A stretch of DNA of 64,000 nt from Dicyema japonicum (lineage: Eukaryota > Animalia > Dicyemida), in the NCBI GenBank assembly GCA_011109175.1, contig RDEW01000004.1, positions 1,697,355-1,761,354 of the forward strand, given 5' to 3'. Of this stretch, positions 38,500 to 50,580 are shown piece by piece. Each line of letters starts with the position of its first letter. Position 1 is the first letter of the stretch. The position numbers and the translations under genes are program-made. The notes beneath the pieces were generated by a model. That model made no database searches. It worked only from the letters and a program-made list of their open reading frames with translations, and had not been told where the DNA came from.

Positions 38500-39000
38500 C
38501 GGTATGCCTCAAGAAACTACACTTGGAATTGAAAGTCATTCATCATCCTGTGATACCCATACCTGTTCTGGGTTTGAACCGACTCGTGAAGCTGGGTGAA
38601 AAGTTGTCGGTGATAACTCCCGATGTCCCTAAACACACGGGTAGCGAAAACAAGCCGAATATCGATGTGAGGAGATGGCCATTTACAGGTATTCTTCACC
38701 TCTCATGAAGTCTGGTTGTTCGAGTCACTCAAGGTGGTCACAGAAAATCCAAGTTCTCCAACCACCTTCAGCTGACAATTTCCTTATTTGTAGACGAAAA
38801 GCAGTTAAACTATAAATGCCTAACATTGAGATCGTGAAAAATAACGCAATTTGGATGCCTATCAAAGAAATCCTTAATGTGATTTTTACACAACCACAGC
38901 TGCTTAGTGTACAATGCCTCAATTATAAGTAAATAACTAGGCAAATTAATGCGTGGTTTAAAAATGACTCACAGTGAAGGAAGGGTGAGGTACCTTGAAC
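38500..39000 (-). mobile_element. LINE APE endonuclease remnant
   Basis: HPNCVIFHDLNVRH..FNCFSSTN and HIDIRLVFAT resemble the APE GDLNARH / IDL motifs. Confidence 0.55.
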
Positions 39001-41047
39001 GATTGCAGAAATACTCGTCCGCTTAGATACTGGTGCCTGACCTCGATGTGCATCGCTCCACAAGATATGGCAGCTAGTTTACCCGTTAAAGTCTGCAGCA
39101 TCCGTATCATACACTTGGTCTCGTTGAGGACCACGACGCCCACCGTGAAAAACTCGATATGTTCATCCAAAGCTTTCTTTCGTCGGGAAATGGAATTATT
39201 TTTCTAAATGATTTCTCTGGCAGTTGTTAGGGGAATTAGCACAGTGCTCGGTCGACAACTAAAAAAGATCATCCCCTCTATTGGAGGGTTTCCACAATGG
39301 CGGATATGGGTGAACATGGTTTTTGGAAAGGATGGGTTTCCGTCCGTGGAAATTCAACATACCGTGTAATTAGACGTTAACTAACTCTATAAATATGCCC
39401 AAATGAGGTAAAGTGAGATCTTGATACCAAAGTAAAGTTGGGAACCTTTCACGTGGGTAAATCTCCAAGTTAAAAGGTCAAAATTTTTAATTTTGTAAAA
39501 TAGTGTTAAAATCATATATCGGGAATCAAACGTGAGCAGGTCCCTATGTTAGCGAGGTCGAAAAATAATTTTATAAAATTGTGTTAAAATGAGAATTTTG
39601 AAATCAAATATAAAATAGGAACCACATGTTTCACTGTTGGAGGCCGGCTACCATCAAACGTCCATCTGAGAGTGTTAGGGGGTCTCATAAGTCCTTTATT
39701 TTTATTGGTGGTCTTGGTCCGAAAAGGATTGATTGATGATATCACCCAGCCAGTGTAGTGAAATAAATATTTGAAACAAAGGCTAAAATAATCGAATTGA
39801 TCGTTTCGTTTCCTAAAGAAACTTGTACGCCTAGATACACTAAAAAGGCACGACGCACGTGAGACTCGGTGGCTTCTCTATTTGATCTCTATTGCAATCA
39901 CGAGAGACAATTCAACGTCGAATATGTCGGAAAACATCATGTGAAGCGACAACACATAACAAAGCAAATTTTTAACAACGACATGTCGGGTTGAGGTGTC
40001 TATAAAAAAGTTGGTAATATTAGTCAGAAAAATTTAAATTTTAAACATACCGACAAGTTAATGAACTATGGATAGGAAAACGTCATGTGTCTTTGCCTTA
40101 GACAGTATAAGGCTTCCTCAAAGTCGATCTTCGTTGTAATACAGATTTAATGGGAATCAAAAAGTTCGAGAAGAGACTTAACTCACTCATTCAAGATAAT
40201 TACGGTCTTTTTTGGACTGAAGAGACCAATGCTAATTGAAAAGGAAGCGTTATATGTAAAATGTTCCAAATGACCAAAACTCTCCTAGTCATAAGGACAT
40301 GCTGAAATTTGTTTGACATTTTCTAAAATGGACCAAACACACTAACAAATGGCATCATGGAAAACCATTCTACGATATCTGTGGAAAATTCTGTTGAGGT
40401 CAACTTGCGATGCTTCCTGGAGTTCTTGACGGTGATCTGAGAAGTTTACTTTAAACACGTGATAGTATAAGCGATTTATAATATTTAGTGGTGACACCTA
40501 CCTGCTGCTACTGAAAACGTAAATATCGAGTTAATCATGGATCGCATGACAGAACACAATCGAGATTTCCTTAAAATGGCTTACTCTCCGGAACTCCCTT
40601 TTGGGCCGAAAGTTAGATTTTGTCGAAAATCATTTCAAATGTGTGAGAGGAAACCTTTTCTATTATAGAGATTGATCCCTGATTCTGAGACAAATCGTTA
40701 GAAGATTAATATGGGAGGGCCGGAGGTAATTAAAGAAATGTGTAGTAATTAGTGAGCATAGTAACAAAAAAAATTTTTGGTGGATAACAAATGGAGGGGT
40801 TAGTCCAAATATTGATGGATTATTTATGGACTATTAAAGATTTAAGGATAACGTGAAACATCTTTGTTGGGATTATCCTTGAATCAAATCAAGATGTAAA
40901 ATGCCTTTTGGGGACCGGTGGTTAACTGAACGATTGTGGAGTTATCGAACCACAAGAATAAATAAATCATGTTCGGTGATGGAGGTTACTAACCAGACGG
41001 TGGACTTAAGGCTTCTTATATTAGTTAACTATACTCCAAACTAATTA

Positions 41048-42843
41048 CAGTCCGACCCCGAATTGGGGCAGACCCCAGGGGTGGGGCACCCTCGGATTTT
41101 GGGGTACCCCGCATTTTGGGGCATTTTTTTTTGGCCAACATTTTGGCAGAGTAAAATGGAAAATCGATAAAAAATATGGAAATTTTGGGGCACTATAAAA
41201 TGGTGGTGAATAAAATTATAAGTAAATAAAATTATATTTTATTAATAAATATATAATTTTAATTTACACGTTAATAAATAATATTTTATTGTTAATAAAT
41301 TTTTGTTTTTTAAAAAAAAAAATTTACGCGTGTATTTACACTTTTGTTGTGAATGGCTATCAACTACGAAACAAAATTAATGATTGCTAAATTGATATTG
41401 AAGAACAAATTATCTGAAAGACAGATAATTAAAAAATACAAAACTAGTAAAGGCATGATTTCGCGAATAAAAAAAACAATTGTACCTTTTCTTGAACAAG
41501 GAACTGTAAACACGGATGAGGATCCTATGCCTTATTGTGAGAAATCTAAATTCGATGATCAAGTTTTTGAAATATTTCAGAAACTACGCGAAGATAAGGT
41601 TCCAATATCAGGTCCTTTTATAAAGAAAATTGCCTTATATACGGCTTCAAAAATTGGATTTGATTCTTTCAAAGCTTCAAACGGCTGGCTTGACAGATTT
41701 AAAAAGCGACATGAACTGAAATTTAAATCAATTTGTGGAGAAAAAAATTCATGTGACTTGACTTACATCAATGAGTTTTTTAAAATTCTTGATGAGAAAA
41801 TTATTCAATATGGAAGACAAAATGTTTTTAATTGTGATGAAACTGCTCTTTATATAAAAAGGACTCCACGAAAGTCGTTTGTCGGAATAAATGACGATAC
41901 TTTTGGCTTTAAACAGGGAAAAGAAAGAGTCACTGTACTTCTTTGTTGCAATTCCATGGGGGAAAAACTTGAGCCATTGATTGTTGGAAAATTTAAAAAC
42001 CCTCGATGTCTCAAAAATTTCAATGTGAAAGATTTTGGAATTTCATATTCATCCTCTAAAAATGCATGGATGACTGGAAATATTTTTATGAGCTGGTTGA
42101 CTCGGATAAATGAAAGATTTTATACAATCAACAGAAAAGTATTAATATTGCTTGATAATGCGGGATGTCATAAAACTATTGAATGCTCAAATATTGAGTT
42201 TTTATTTTTGCCAAAAAATACAACACCGTATTTGCAACGATTGGATATGGGAATTATCAAGACCTTTAAAGATTATTACTCAAATTATCTGATTCAGTAT
42301 TTGTGTTTTGAGGGGATGATGATGAATTCAAACGGTTGATAAACAAAATAAACCTTCGTCATGTAATTCTGCTAATTTCTAAAAGCTAGGGAAAACTTGA
42401 TCCGAGTTTAATATTTAAGTGCTGGAATCAAATTGAAAAGATTCGTGATTCCGTAAAAATTGAAGATACCATTACAGAAGAAATGATCAACAATGCCGTA
42501 AACGAAACATTGAATGGGGAAAGTGACGAATTCGTTGATAATATTTACAACGAAGGTTTAGAAAACAATAACATGGAAACAATTCTAAAAGAAACGCAAG
42601 ATTCTCTTGATCAGCTAGAGAAGAAAATTTTTTACATATCTCCTGAAATGCTCAAAGAATTTTACGATTTTCGACTTAATTTTATGAAAAATGTAAGAAG
42701 TAAAAGGATAACTGGGGATAAATTAACTGATTATTTTTCTAAAATTGATTTTTGATGTTTAAAATCTCTGTTTTATTAAACCCCTGTTTTTGGGGCACCC
42801 CCGCTTTTTGGGGCACTTGGTGCCCCAATTCGGGGTCGGACTG
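41048..42843 (+). mobile_element. pogo/Tigger (Tc1/mariner superfamily) DNA transposon, nearly intact
   Basis: Perfect 23-bp TIRs CAGTCCGACCCCGAATTGGGGCA (41048-41070 / 42821-42843). TA on both sides (41046-47, 42844-45). Subterminal ggggcaccc repeats. Confidence 0.95.
41353..42339 (+). CDS. pogo/Tigger transposase (CENP-B HTH + DDE_1); C-terminus continues to 42755 after one frameshift and one stop
   Basis: PISGPFIK...FKASNGWLDRFKKRH, FNCDETAL, KERVTVLLCCN, KNAWMT, LLDNAGCH, QRLDMGII. The shifted frame gives ISKS*GKLDPSLIFKCW leading into ORF 42483-42755. Confidence 0.92.
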   Translation: MAINYETKLMIAKLILKNKLSERQIIKKYKTSKGMISRIKKTIVPFLEQGTVNTDEDPMPYCEKSKFDDQVFEIFQKLREDKVPISGPFIKKIALYTASKIGFDSFKASNGWLDRFKKRHELKFKSICGEKNSCDLTYINEFFKILDEKIIQYGRQNVFNCDETALYIKRTPRKSFVGINDDTFGFKQGKERVTVLLCCNSMGEKLEPLIVGKFKNPRCLKNFNVKDFGISYSSSKNAWMTGNIFMSWLTRINERFYTINRKVLILLDNAGCHKTIECSNIEFLFLPKNTTPYLQRLDMGIIKTFKDYYSNYLIQYLCFEGMMMNSNG

Positions 42844-42999
42844 TAATTGGATTTTCAGATTTGACGAAGACTGTTCTTTGTGAGACACGTGGAAAACTGG
42901 ATAGCGGTTGTTTTGGAGAAATTGATATTTCCAAAGATTATCTTGAAACTTTAGTAAGTAACTCTGAGCGACATTTCATTATTCCCAGTTTATTAAGTT

Positions 43000-43220
43000 C
43001 GCGTGGCGCCATGTGGTGCTACGTGGATAGTTTGTCAAAATTATTTTCTTTCCTTCCGATGGCGTCACTGGATCCACCTTACTGAGGAGACCGGCATCAA
43101 GGGGATCCATCGATTCTTCCCCGGGACAACGTCGTTACCTAATGACAAGTTCTGGAATGCTGAAACTAGCCAGGATCAAGGAGTTAGTTAGTTTGGTTAC
43201 CCTTGGTCTTTGGAAATAAT
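43000..43220 (+). repeat. SINE (head + family A tail)
   Basis: Head 'gcgtggcgccatgtggtgctacgtgg'. Tail 'ccaggatcaaggagttagttagtttggttacccttggtctttggaaataat'. Confidence 0.7.
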
Positions 43221-44344
43221 TTTAATTAGCAAATATCATCTACCAAAGTAGGGGTGGTCAATGGCCACTAATCTATGTACAAGATATCTCCCATCCAAAC
43301 TACAATTATCAGAGTCATGCCTCTTCGAAAAGGTGAATTTCTAACCGCAGCCAATCTACCAAACAACTTCATTTATTGCATCCTTCAAAGAAATCTTAAA
43401 AACTTTCCAAAATAAAAAAAAGATGAACACTCTAGTATTTATTCACTAAAAGAGTTTAACAAAGATCCTTGCCCTTATTTTTTAATTCCAATAAAACCTA
43501 CATGGATCAGTCTGAAGTCACCAAGAATTGAGATTCGTGGGATTCTACAGTTAAAATGATTTCAAACAAACCCACGTGGCTAATTTTTGTTTGTCAAAAA
43601 ATTGAATAATCTTTTTGTTTTATTGATTTGTCCTTATTTATCATTTTATTAGCACCCACGTGGTCATGAGTTCTCTAAAACTTAAGATTTTAAGATAACT
43701 GACGACCTACTTTGGCTTTCTAATTATAAAAACCCACGTGGATATACTTGGTATACTAAAATAAGCTTATATGGAAATTGTGAGATGTGATTTACGTCAT
43801 TTTAATTACTTTACGAATCATAGGACACACCATTTCATCATAGGCGCATCAAATTAGCGAACATTAAGTATTCCAGATTTCTTTAAAAAATGCCTTTAAA
43901 TGATCGGTAGCTTAGAAATGTTATTTTTGAATATTACCTGATTCGAGAGCGATATTAACTAACTCCTGCTAAACAAGGACCGAGATGAACCAGGATATTG
44001 GGAGAAACGTAGGAGGAACACACTAAATTCATTGTATTTGTGATAAGAAAACCGATCACATAACTAGTTAACTCAATCATTAACCACTACCAAGAATCTC
44101 AAAGCTTTATCGTCATGAAATTTTCGATCTTGACAATAACTCTTTTACTGATCTTCCAAACCATTCCAGAGATCCTTAGGGATATCAGCTTGGAATAAAT
44201 TGATTTCCAAGTTCGGCCACTTTCCTGCAATAAAATACATATATGATAATTTTTTTAGTTAAATATTAAATATTTAATTTATATTCTCTTACGAATAATT
44301 ATAAAAATTTAATAGTAAATATTTAAATTTTTATAATTAAATTA

Positions 44345-44700
44345 ATTCCAAAGACCACTGTTAAACTGAATAAACTAAGCTAAGTGATCCCGACGAATTG
44401 TATCAAGGCTCTCATCTTTGCTCGGTGTTGATCTCTATGAACCTACACAAGTTCGTTGCGGGCGAGCACTTCCTTTTTGGCATTGATGTCCATTTTTGTT
44501 TTTTTCGATTAGTTCCTCCATGAGCGTCGGTGATTTAATGTTTTCCCCTGTGCATATCTCTCCGTTAGTTTGAAGGCCTTTTTCTGGGTTGCGGAGATTT
44601 TCTGGATGTTCGTATAAAAAGCCAGCAGTGGTCCCTATGCAGTACACGCATATGAAATGCATGGATCGATGTACTGATGATTATAATTTAGCAGTAATTG
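44345..44700 (-). mobile_element. LINE 3' end with family A tail
   Basis: 'caaagaccactgttaaac...gtgatcccgacg...ctctcatctttgctcgg' matches the family A tail. Coding-like minus frame upstream. Confidence 0.6.
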
Positions 44701-45649
44701 GTTGTTAGGGACCAAAATTCTCTATTAGTACAAATAGTAATTCGAAATCAGTGCTTTTATTTTTCTGTTTCCACATGAATTCTGTGAAATAACTGTTAAG
44801 ATCGTCCAGAATTATTTTTTGGCTTAGAAAATAGACTTTCTACTATTATTCCTTCATCATCAATTGTTAGTTAAACTGATAATACTGATTTTCGATTTTA
44901 ATGAAGTAATTCATGTGTACAGGCCTCTCATAAACATTTCCCAGTCTGCTGTTGTCGTCGAACACCAGCCAAAATAATTGGAATAATAGCGTGTTATTCA
45001 CAAGAATAATTAATTTCCTACTGATTTATATAAATTTTAACGCTCAGAGAGCTTTCGATGCAACCAAACAAGAGTCAAGACAAGATTCATAAAATCTCAG
45101 GTTATTGGCTTAAGTTACTAACAAGGACATAGCAAAGGCTTCAAATGCGGACACGTGAGTTCAGCAGCATAAATTCAAAGCAGTCTTACAACTCTGAATG
45201 GGTAAATGTCACTGCAGCTGGGTTTAATATAAATGGTTTTAATAAGAGTATTGTAAATATTCCTATTCAAAGAAAGTGATAATTTTGAACAAATCTCGGA
45301 AGGATCCCCGTTATTCGGTTTCGTTTGACAAAATTAAGGAGAAGACTTACGTTGTAGACGGAAACCGTTTCACTTCAATATTGGAGGAAGATAACAGAGA
45401 TTACATGGCTAAAAACGGATATTATGATACTTTGTTATAAATAAAATTAATTTAAATTTATTAAATTTAAAATTTTTCCATCGATGTGTGTCTTGTGTTT
45501 ATTTTAAAATTTATATTTATGTTCTCTTTATTTCCAATCCATATTAATGATTCTCCTTATAAAAAGTCATCTTACATCTTGTGAGCATTTAGAGAGTGAG
45601 TGAAATCACTTAATGGGCATGATCTTCTCTTAATTGTTTTCAACTAAAT

Positions 45650-45850
45650 GGAATTTTAACCACCTGTCTAGGTGACGCCCAGTGCCAAGCCGGCACGAAA
45701 AAGGATCATTTGCTCTTCCCCACTCCACTGGAGGGGTTTCCACAACTGCATGTAATGGAGGTCTTACCTTTTATGTTGATTCCGGATGGACAACTGCATG
45801 TAATGGACGTCTTACCTTTTATGTTGATTTCGGATGTCCCTGACATATAT
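45650..45850 (+). repeat. SINE core copy with an internal ~45-bp tandem duplication
   Basis: 'ccagtgccaagccggcacgaaaaaggatcatttgctc...tggaggggtttccacaactgca' matches 53905-54010. 'caactgcatgtaatgga.gtcttaccttttatgttgatt' occurs twice. Confidence 0.8.
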
Positions 45851-46049
45851 CTTTTGGTTGCTATCCGATAAAAGATCTTCATAGATTCATTTTACTTTAG
45901 TAACTTTTTTTATTACTATTTCTCTGTAGGCTCTGTTGTGTGAACAATGCGGTAAATTACACGATTCATCGATCAAATTAAGATATTAACCGATCTAAAT
46001 GAGATGTTTTGTAGTGCAATGTTGAGTGATCGTAATTAATCATCATATA

Positions 46050-46900
46050 GGGTGATTATGAAATCTTAGTTAATTTTATATATCTGTTTTGCTAAACAGG
46101 CCATCAAGACCCCAAGTGTCTGCGTTTTTGCCTACAAAAGAAGTCGATAGGGGGACGGATGTCAGAGGAACAGTTGTCCATTTTCCGACTACGCCACGAA
46201 TGAGCATTATGGATTCTCTTATTCTTGGCAGAACATGAGGATTCCGCGGCCATTCCTTCATAGTGATCGATTCGACAGTGGAGTCGAGAGTGGGATTCAG
46301 TTCGATTGCGTAAAAGAAGTTGATTTTGTCCAAAGGCGATGCTAAAGTGCATACTTCCATGAATCACAAGCACCATTCCATTGCGAGAACAATGGTTTGA
46401 CTGTATAATTTGCGTATGCAATCTTCTATGGGCTCTTCACAACAATTGTCTTGTGCATAACTTTTGCGGAGTCCTTTCGTCAGGATTTTTCGACATGCCT
46501 TGTGAAGGTCATCAATGAGTCATAAGTCACGCAAGGAATTTTGGGTTATTTGAAACCAGTTATAGGCATTCCAGACGAACCTCGGGAACATCAGGTATGC
46601 TTGGACAACCGCAGATGATGACATCATCTATGGAAAATTGTGAAGGAAAAGATTGAATAACTGTCGGAGAAAGAAGAGAGCCTTGTGGAACTTCATTTGG
46701 AAGCAGTCGTGATCTCGACCTACTCTCGCCATGCATTCTCATCTGCGCCGTCTGGTCAGGAGGTTTTCCAGCCAGAGTTTAAGGTTCGCGTGGATGTCGA
46801 AGTCGAAAATCTTCTTTGTAAGGTGAGTCCTCAAGACTGAGTAAAAGCCTTTTGTATATCAATGGATGTCAACGCCTTCAGCATTTGGGGTTTTGAGGCA
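46050..46900 (-). mobile_element. LINE RT remnant
   Basis: EVPQGSLLSP...SIDDVII and LWLENLLTRR. Confidence 0.65.
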
Positions 46901-47299
46901 CTAAAAAATGATCTCTGACTAATTTTACTATGGATAGGGGGTTATCAACCAATATTGGATGATTGCACATGGATGTTATACTATCTCATTTGGGATCACA
47001 TTATCATCTGGTCTAAAATTCGACAAGGAGATTTTTTACGAGTTAGCGAAAATCTAATATTGATCGACACGTATTTTAAAAATCCATCGAAAAATTAATA
47101 TTAGTTGGCAAATATCTAATATTGGTCGACATAAATATCGCGGCACGAATAGAATTATAGTTTATATGATTCTATGTAGTTGCTATAATAATAATAATAA
47201 ATATCAGAAGGCAAAGATGAGCATCTTGTGCTATTCTTACCGAGGATGGAGTCAGTTCATATTTTTGAGATTATTAGATTTTTCTGGAAGAAGATTTCA

Positions 47300-47530
47300 G
47301 GAGAAGTCTGTTTGGAAGGTTGTACACCGTTAGGAATTTTCATGTCTTCAAGTATAAGCGTTTCAAAATGGGACTCGTGGTTCTGTTCTAGAGAAGTCTG
47401 TTTGGAAGGCTGGACGCCATTAGGAATTTTCCTGTCTTCTAGTAGAAGCGCTTCAAACTTGGATTGATGGTTTTATTTAGAAAGTCTGTTTGGAAGGTTG
47501 ACGCCATAGGAATTTTCATGTATTCGAGTG
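47300..47530 (-). repeat. Tandem repeat, ~90-bp unit, ~2.6 copies
   Basis: 'aagtctgtttggaagg' at 47304, 47394 and 47482. The minus strand reads as 30-aa units (NHESHFETLILEDMKIPNGVQPSKQTS / NHQSKFEALLLEDRKIPNGVQPSKQTS). Confidence 0.85.
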
Positions 47531-47683
47531 GAATAGAACCAACGAAAGAGATGAGACCTACTTCTTCACCTCTCTTCAGATGCGGAAGCCTGTTATGGAT
47601 TATTGGAGAATGATTTGGTTGTAACAAGCAGACGTTACTGCTTAAACAAATAACAAAGTTTGACCTTTTTAATCGATAATCAG

Positions 47684-48689
47684 TAGGGCGGAAATTGTCC
47701 TATTTAGGACAAAAATGTCCATGTCCTATTTTTTGTCTTATTTCAAAAATAAAATTGTCCCTAAATAGGACATAATTATTATAATTATTTTTTTAATTTT
47801 GTTAGTTTTTTTCAATTCATTTTAAATTACTGTTATATTTGTTTTTGTATTAGCAGTTTTCATTTAATAACAGGTATTTTATTAAAACTATTAAAACTCA
47901 GAGGAAAAAATAAGGAACGAATTTCAAAGTAAATTTCTAAAAACTCATGCATATTCACAAGAACACATAAAGGAGATTTATTTTTGCCAAAAATGTTTTG
48001 AGATAGTAAAATCTTCTAAACAATACTACATCGATCAACATCTTAATAGAAAAAGTTATCAAACAGAATGCCAAAAAAGTAGAGACTACTCAAGTTTTTC
48101 CTCCTAAAGAAAAAGAAGAAAAACTGGATATCTTTTTGGTTAAAGCATTTTTATGAAGACGATGGGATTATTGTTGCAAATGTGAAGCAATCAATAATGA
48201 ATGAAAATTTGTTTCATGAACTCTTTGAAATTGCGAAATATAAATGGCTAAAATCTAATTTGGATAAATTGCAAAACTCACGGTATTTAATCCAAGAAAG
48301 TTAAGCAGATTTTGAAAAGATCAGTTCTATTTAGGTAAAGGGGATATTGAAAGTTATACATTGAAAGATATGAGAAGAATGATTTAATGGATGTTGTTAA
48401 AATGACTAACAAATCAATAAATTTAATGAAATATTGCAACCTTCTAAAATGTCCCGCCGCTTCAATTGCAGTGGAACAATCTTTTTCCTGTTTGAAAAAA
48501 ACAGATGGCTAAAGATAGAAATTTCAATGAAACAATATTGAAAAATATTTCATTTTAAATTTTAATTTCTCTAACAATACATAGTATTTGTTAATTTCCA
48601 TATACATTGTCCTAAAATGATTTGTCCTATTTTCTTCTAGATACTAATTGTATTATTCTGTTTTAAAATGTCCTATTATTTCCGCTCTA
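47684..48689 (+). mobile_element. hAT-type deletion derivative with a perfect 8-bp TSD
   Basis: TIRs TAGGGCGGAAAT / ATTTCCGCTCTA. TSD ATAATCAG at 47676-83 and 48690-97. Internal KCPAASIAVEQSFSCL (hAT dimerisation-like PxxSxxxERxFS). Subterminal gtccta/taggac repeats. Confidence 0.88.
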
Positions 48690-48731
48690 ATAATCAGTAA
48701 GATAATCAATATTTTTTATATCACTTAAACC

Positions 48732-49614
48732 CAGTGGTTCCCAACCGTAAGGTGCTCGCGGAAACCCTTTGAGTTAATTTTTTTCATAACCCTTACAATT
48801 CAATTATCAAAAATTTTCATTTAAAAAATAATTGTAATAACCAAAAACAATTTTAATGTGAACATTGAGGTAACTTTTTATCATAGCATAGCTGTGTAAC
48901 GTTAGGAGTTATTATTGACAACCTATCCTCATATCAGGGAAGATTTGTAATGTATATATTGAAAACCCGACTCGCATAAGTAAGTCGTTGGAAAAGGTAA
49001 TAGTGTACGTATAGTTTTTTCTGAGATATCATGATATTTTGAAATGTATGCTCTCCGAAAATTAAAAAGGGATTCATTTATATATCTGATTTGCCGATGA
49101 TTCTGGTGTCAATAAGATGTTCAGATTCAATTGATGTTAGATTTTCTGGTATTACTTTAACTTGAATGGATTTTAAACCCAATCGTCATCAAATTTTGGA
49201 TGAAAATATTTCGCAATGTTATCATCCAAAATTACCGAATGATCTTTGATATTCTGAAGTACTGTATCATCCAATGCGCATTTTGATTCAAGATACTTTT
49301 GCAGCATGTAATGTGTAATGCTATTTCATTTACGGATGACTGTCAAAATTTGTTCGACATAAATACAGTCGATGGTCTTTATTGATCATGGCTTTATAAG
49401 ATTTTCGGCAATTGTATGTGCCTCTCCACAACGTGCTACAAGATAACTCACCTGTTTAATTAAAATAATTATATACTTCATAAGATGCTCTGGTCGATTA
49501 AAGTTGTCGTCTTTCGCAAAATTGGACATTTCCAACTTGTACCTTGTAGATAATAATTAAATACTATTATATAATTTATAATAAATTTCACGGAACACAG
49601 GTTGGGAACCACTG
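48732..49614 (-). mobile_element. hAT (Charlie/Buster-type) deletion derivative
   Basis: Perfect 15-bp TIRs CAGTGGTTCCCAACC / GGTTGGGAACCACTG. Flanks cttaaacc / ctttaacc (7/8). Minus strand gives GEAHTIAENLIKP and WVxNPF. Confidence 0.9.
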
Positions 49615-50099
49615 CTTTAACCAATATACTCACCCACGTGGTCCAAATCGTTGATTAGAACCTAACATTTTATGGGGAATTGAAATTTTCTTCTATCTTG
49701 GGGATTTGCCCACGTGACTCCAATGGTCAATTAATCTCCAAAATCACATTTTAACGATAATATAAAAAATCAAAATTTCGACCTCTTCTATCAAGAACCC
49801 GCCCGCGTGGTCTCATGAATTTACCAGCGTGAATTTATAGATTCTCTTACAAATGGATATTCCCTCTCTAATTTACGAGCGAAACTTTCTTGAGTAGCAG
49901 CGGCGCATGTGGAGATCGCCCGAGCAAGTAGAAATATAATCCCCATGTCGATCCATAAATTCCGAATGTAAATAAACTTATATGTTAGAGTGAATAATCC
50001 TTTCCATTTGCTTTATTGAATAAAAATATTAATGTGTCAATATTGAATGTCCTCAAACTATTATTCTCCAACCTCCATCCGTTGAGCCACTACATATCT

Positions 50100-50580
50100 C
50101 CTTAACTACACACTCCTCACCATCTTCTAACTGCTTTTCTTCACTCAAGTATTGTGTTCCATTCACGTCATCTCATTTGTAAATCTTTGTCTTTTGATCA
50201 GAATATATTAATGACCTGAGCAACAGGTCCCCGACCAATATTCTACACGCCTCTCTGATGTGAGATTTCTTTCAGAGAGTGATATAAAAGTTTTTAACTC
50301 AACCATCACTGAAATTCGATCGTTTACTTTCCATTTGGTGTTCACACTTTCTTCCACGCACGTTGAATGAAGCAAGAGTTAAAGGTGTAGATCCTTGAGA
50401 GAGAAAAAACATAAAGTGCAATAAAGGAAATCACCTCCACATCAGACAAATCTTTATTCTAAGACCACCGTTAAAACGAAAAAAAACAAACTAAGTGACT
50501 CAGAACTTTAACCCAGACTCTCACCATGGCTGGATGCTCCTCCCTCGATCCGACACAAGATCGTTGTGGTGGGATTTCCT
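50100..50580 (-). mobile_element. APE remnant (50100-50420) next to a family A tail copy (50455-50580)
   Basis: LTLASFNVRG and ILVGDL. 'taagaccaccgttaaaac...ctcgatccgacac' matches 55125-55230. Confidence 0.5.

Noticed and set aside
40040-40980. Possible Ty3/Gypsy integrase remnant (ICKMFQMTK, GKPFYDIC)
   Set aside because: Motifs are too degraded, with no LTRs and no supporting RT or RNase H fragments.
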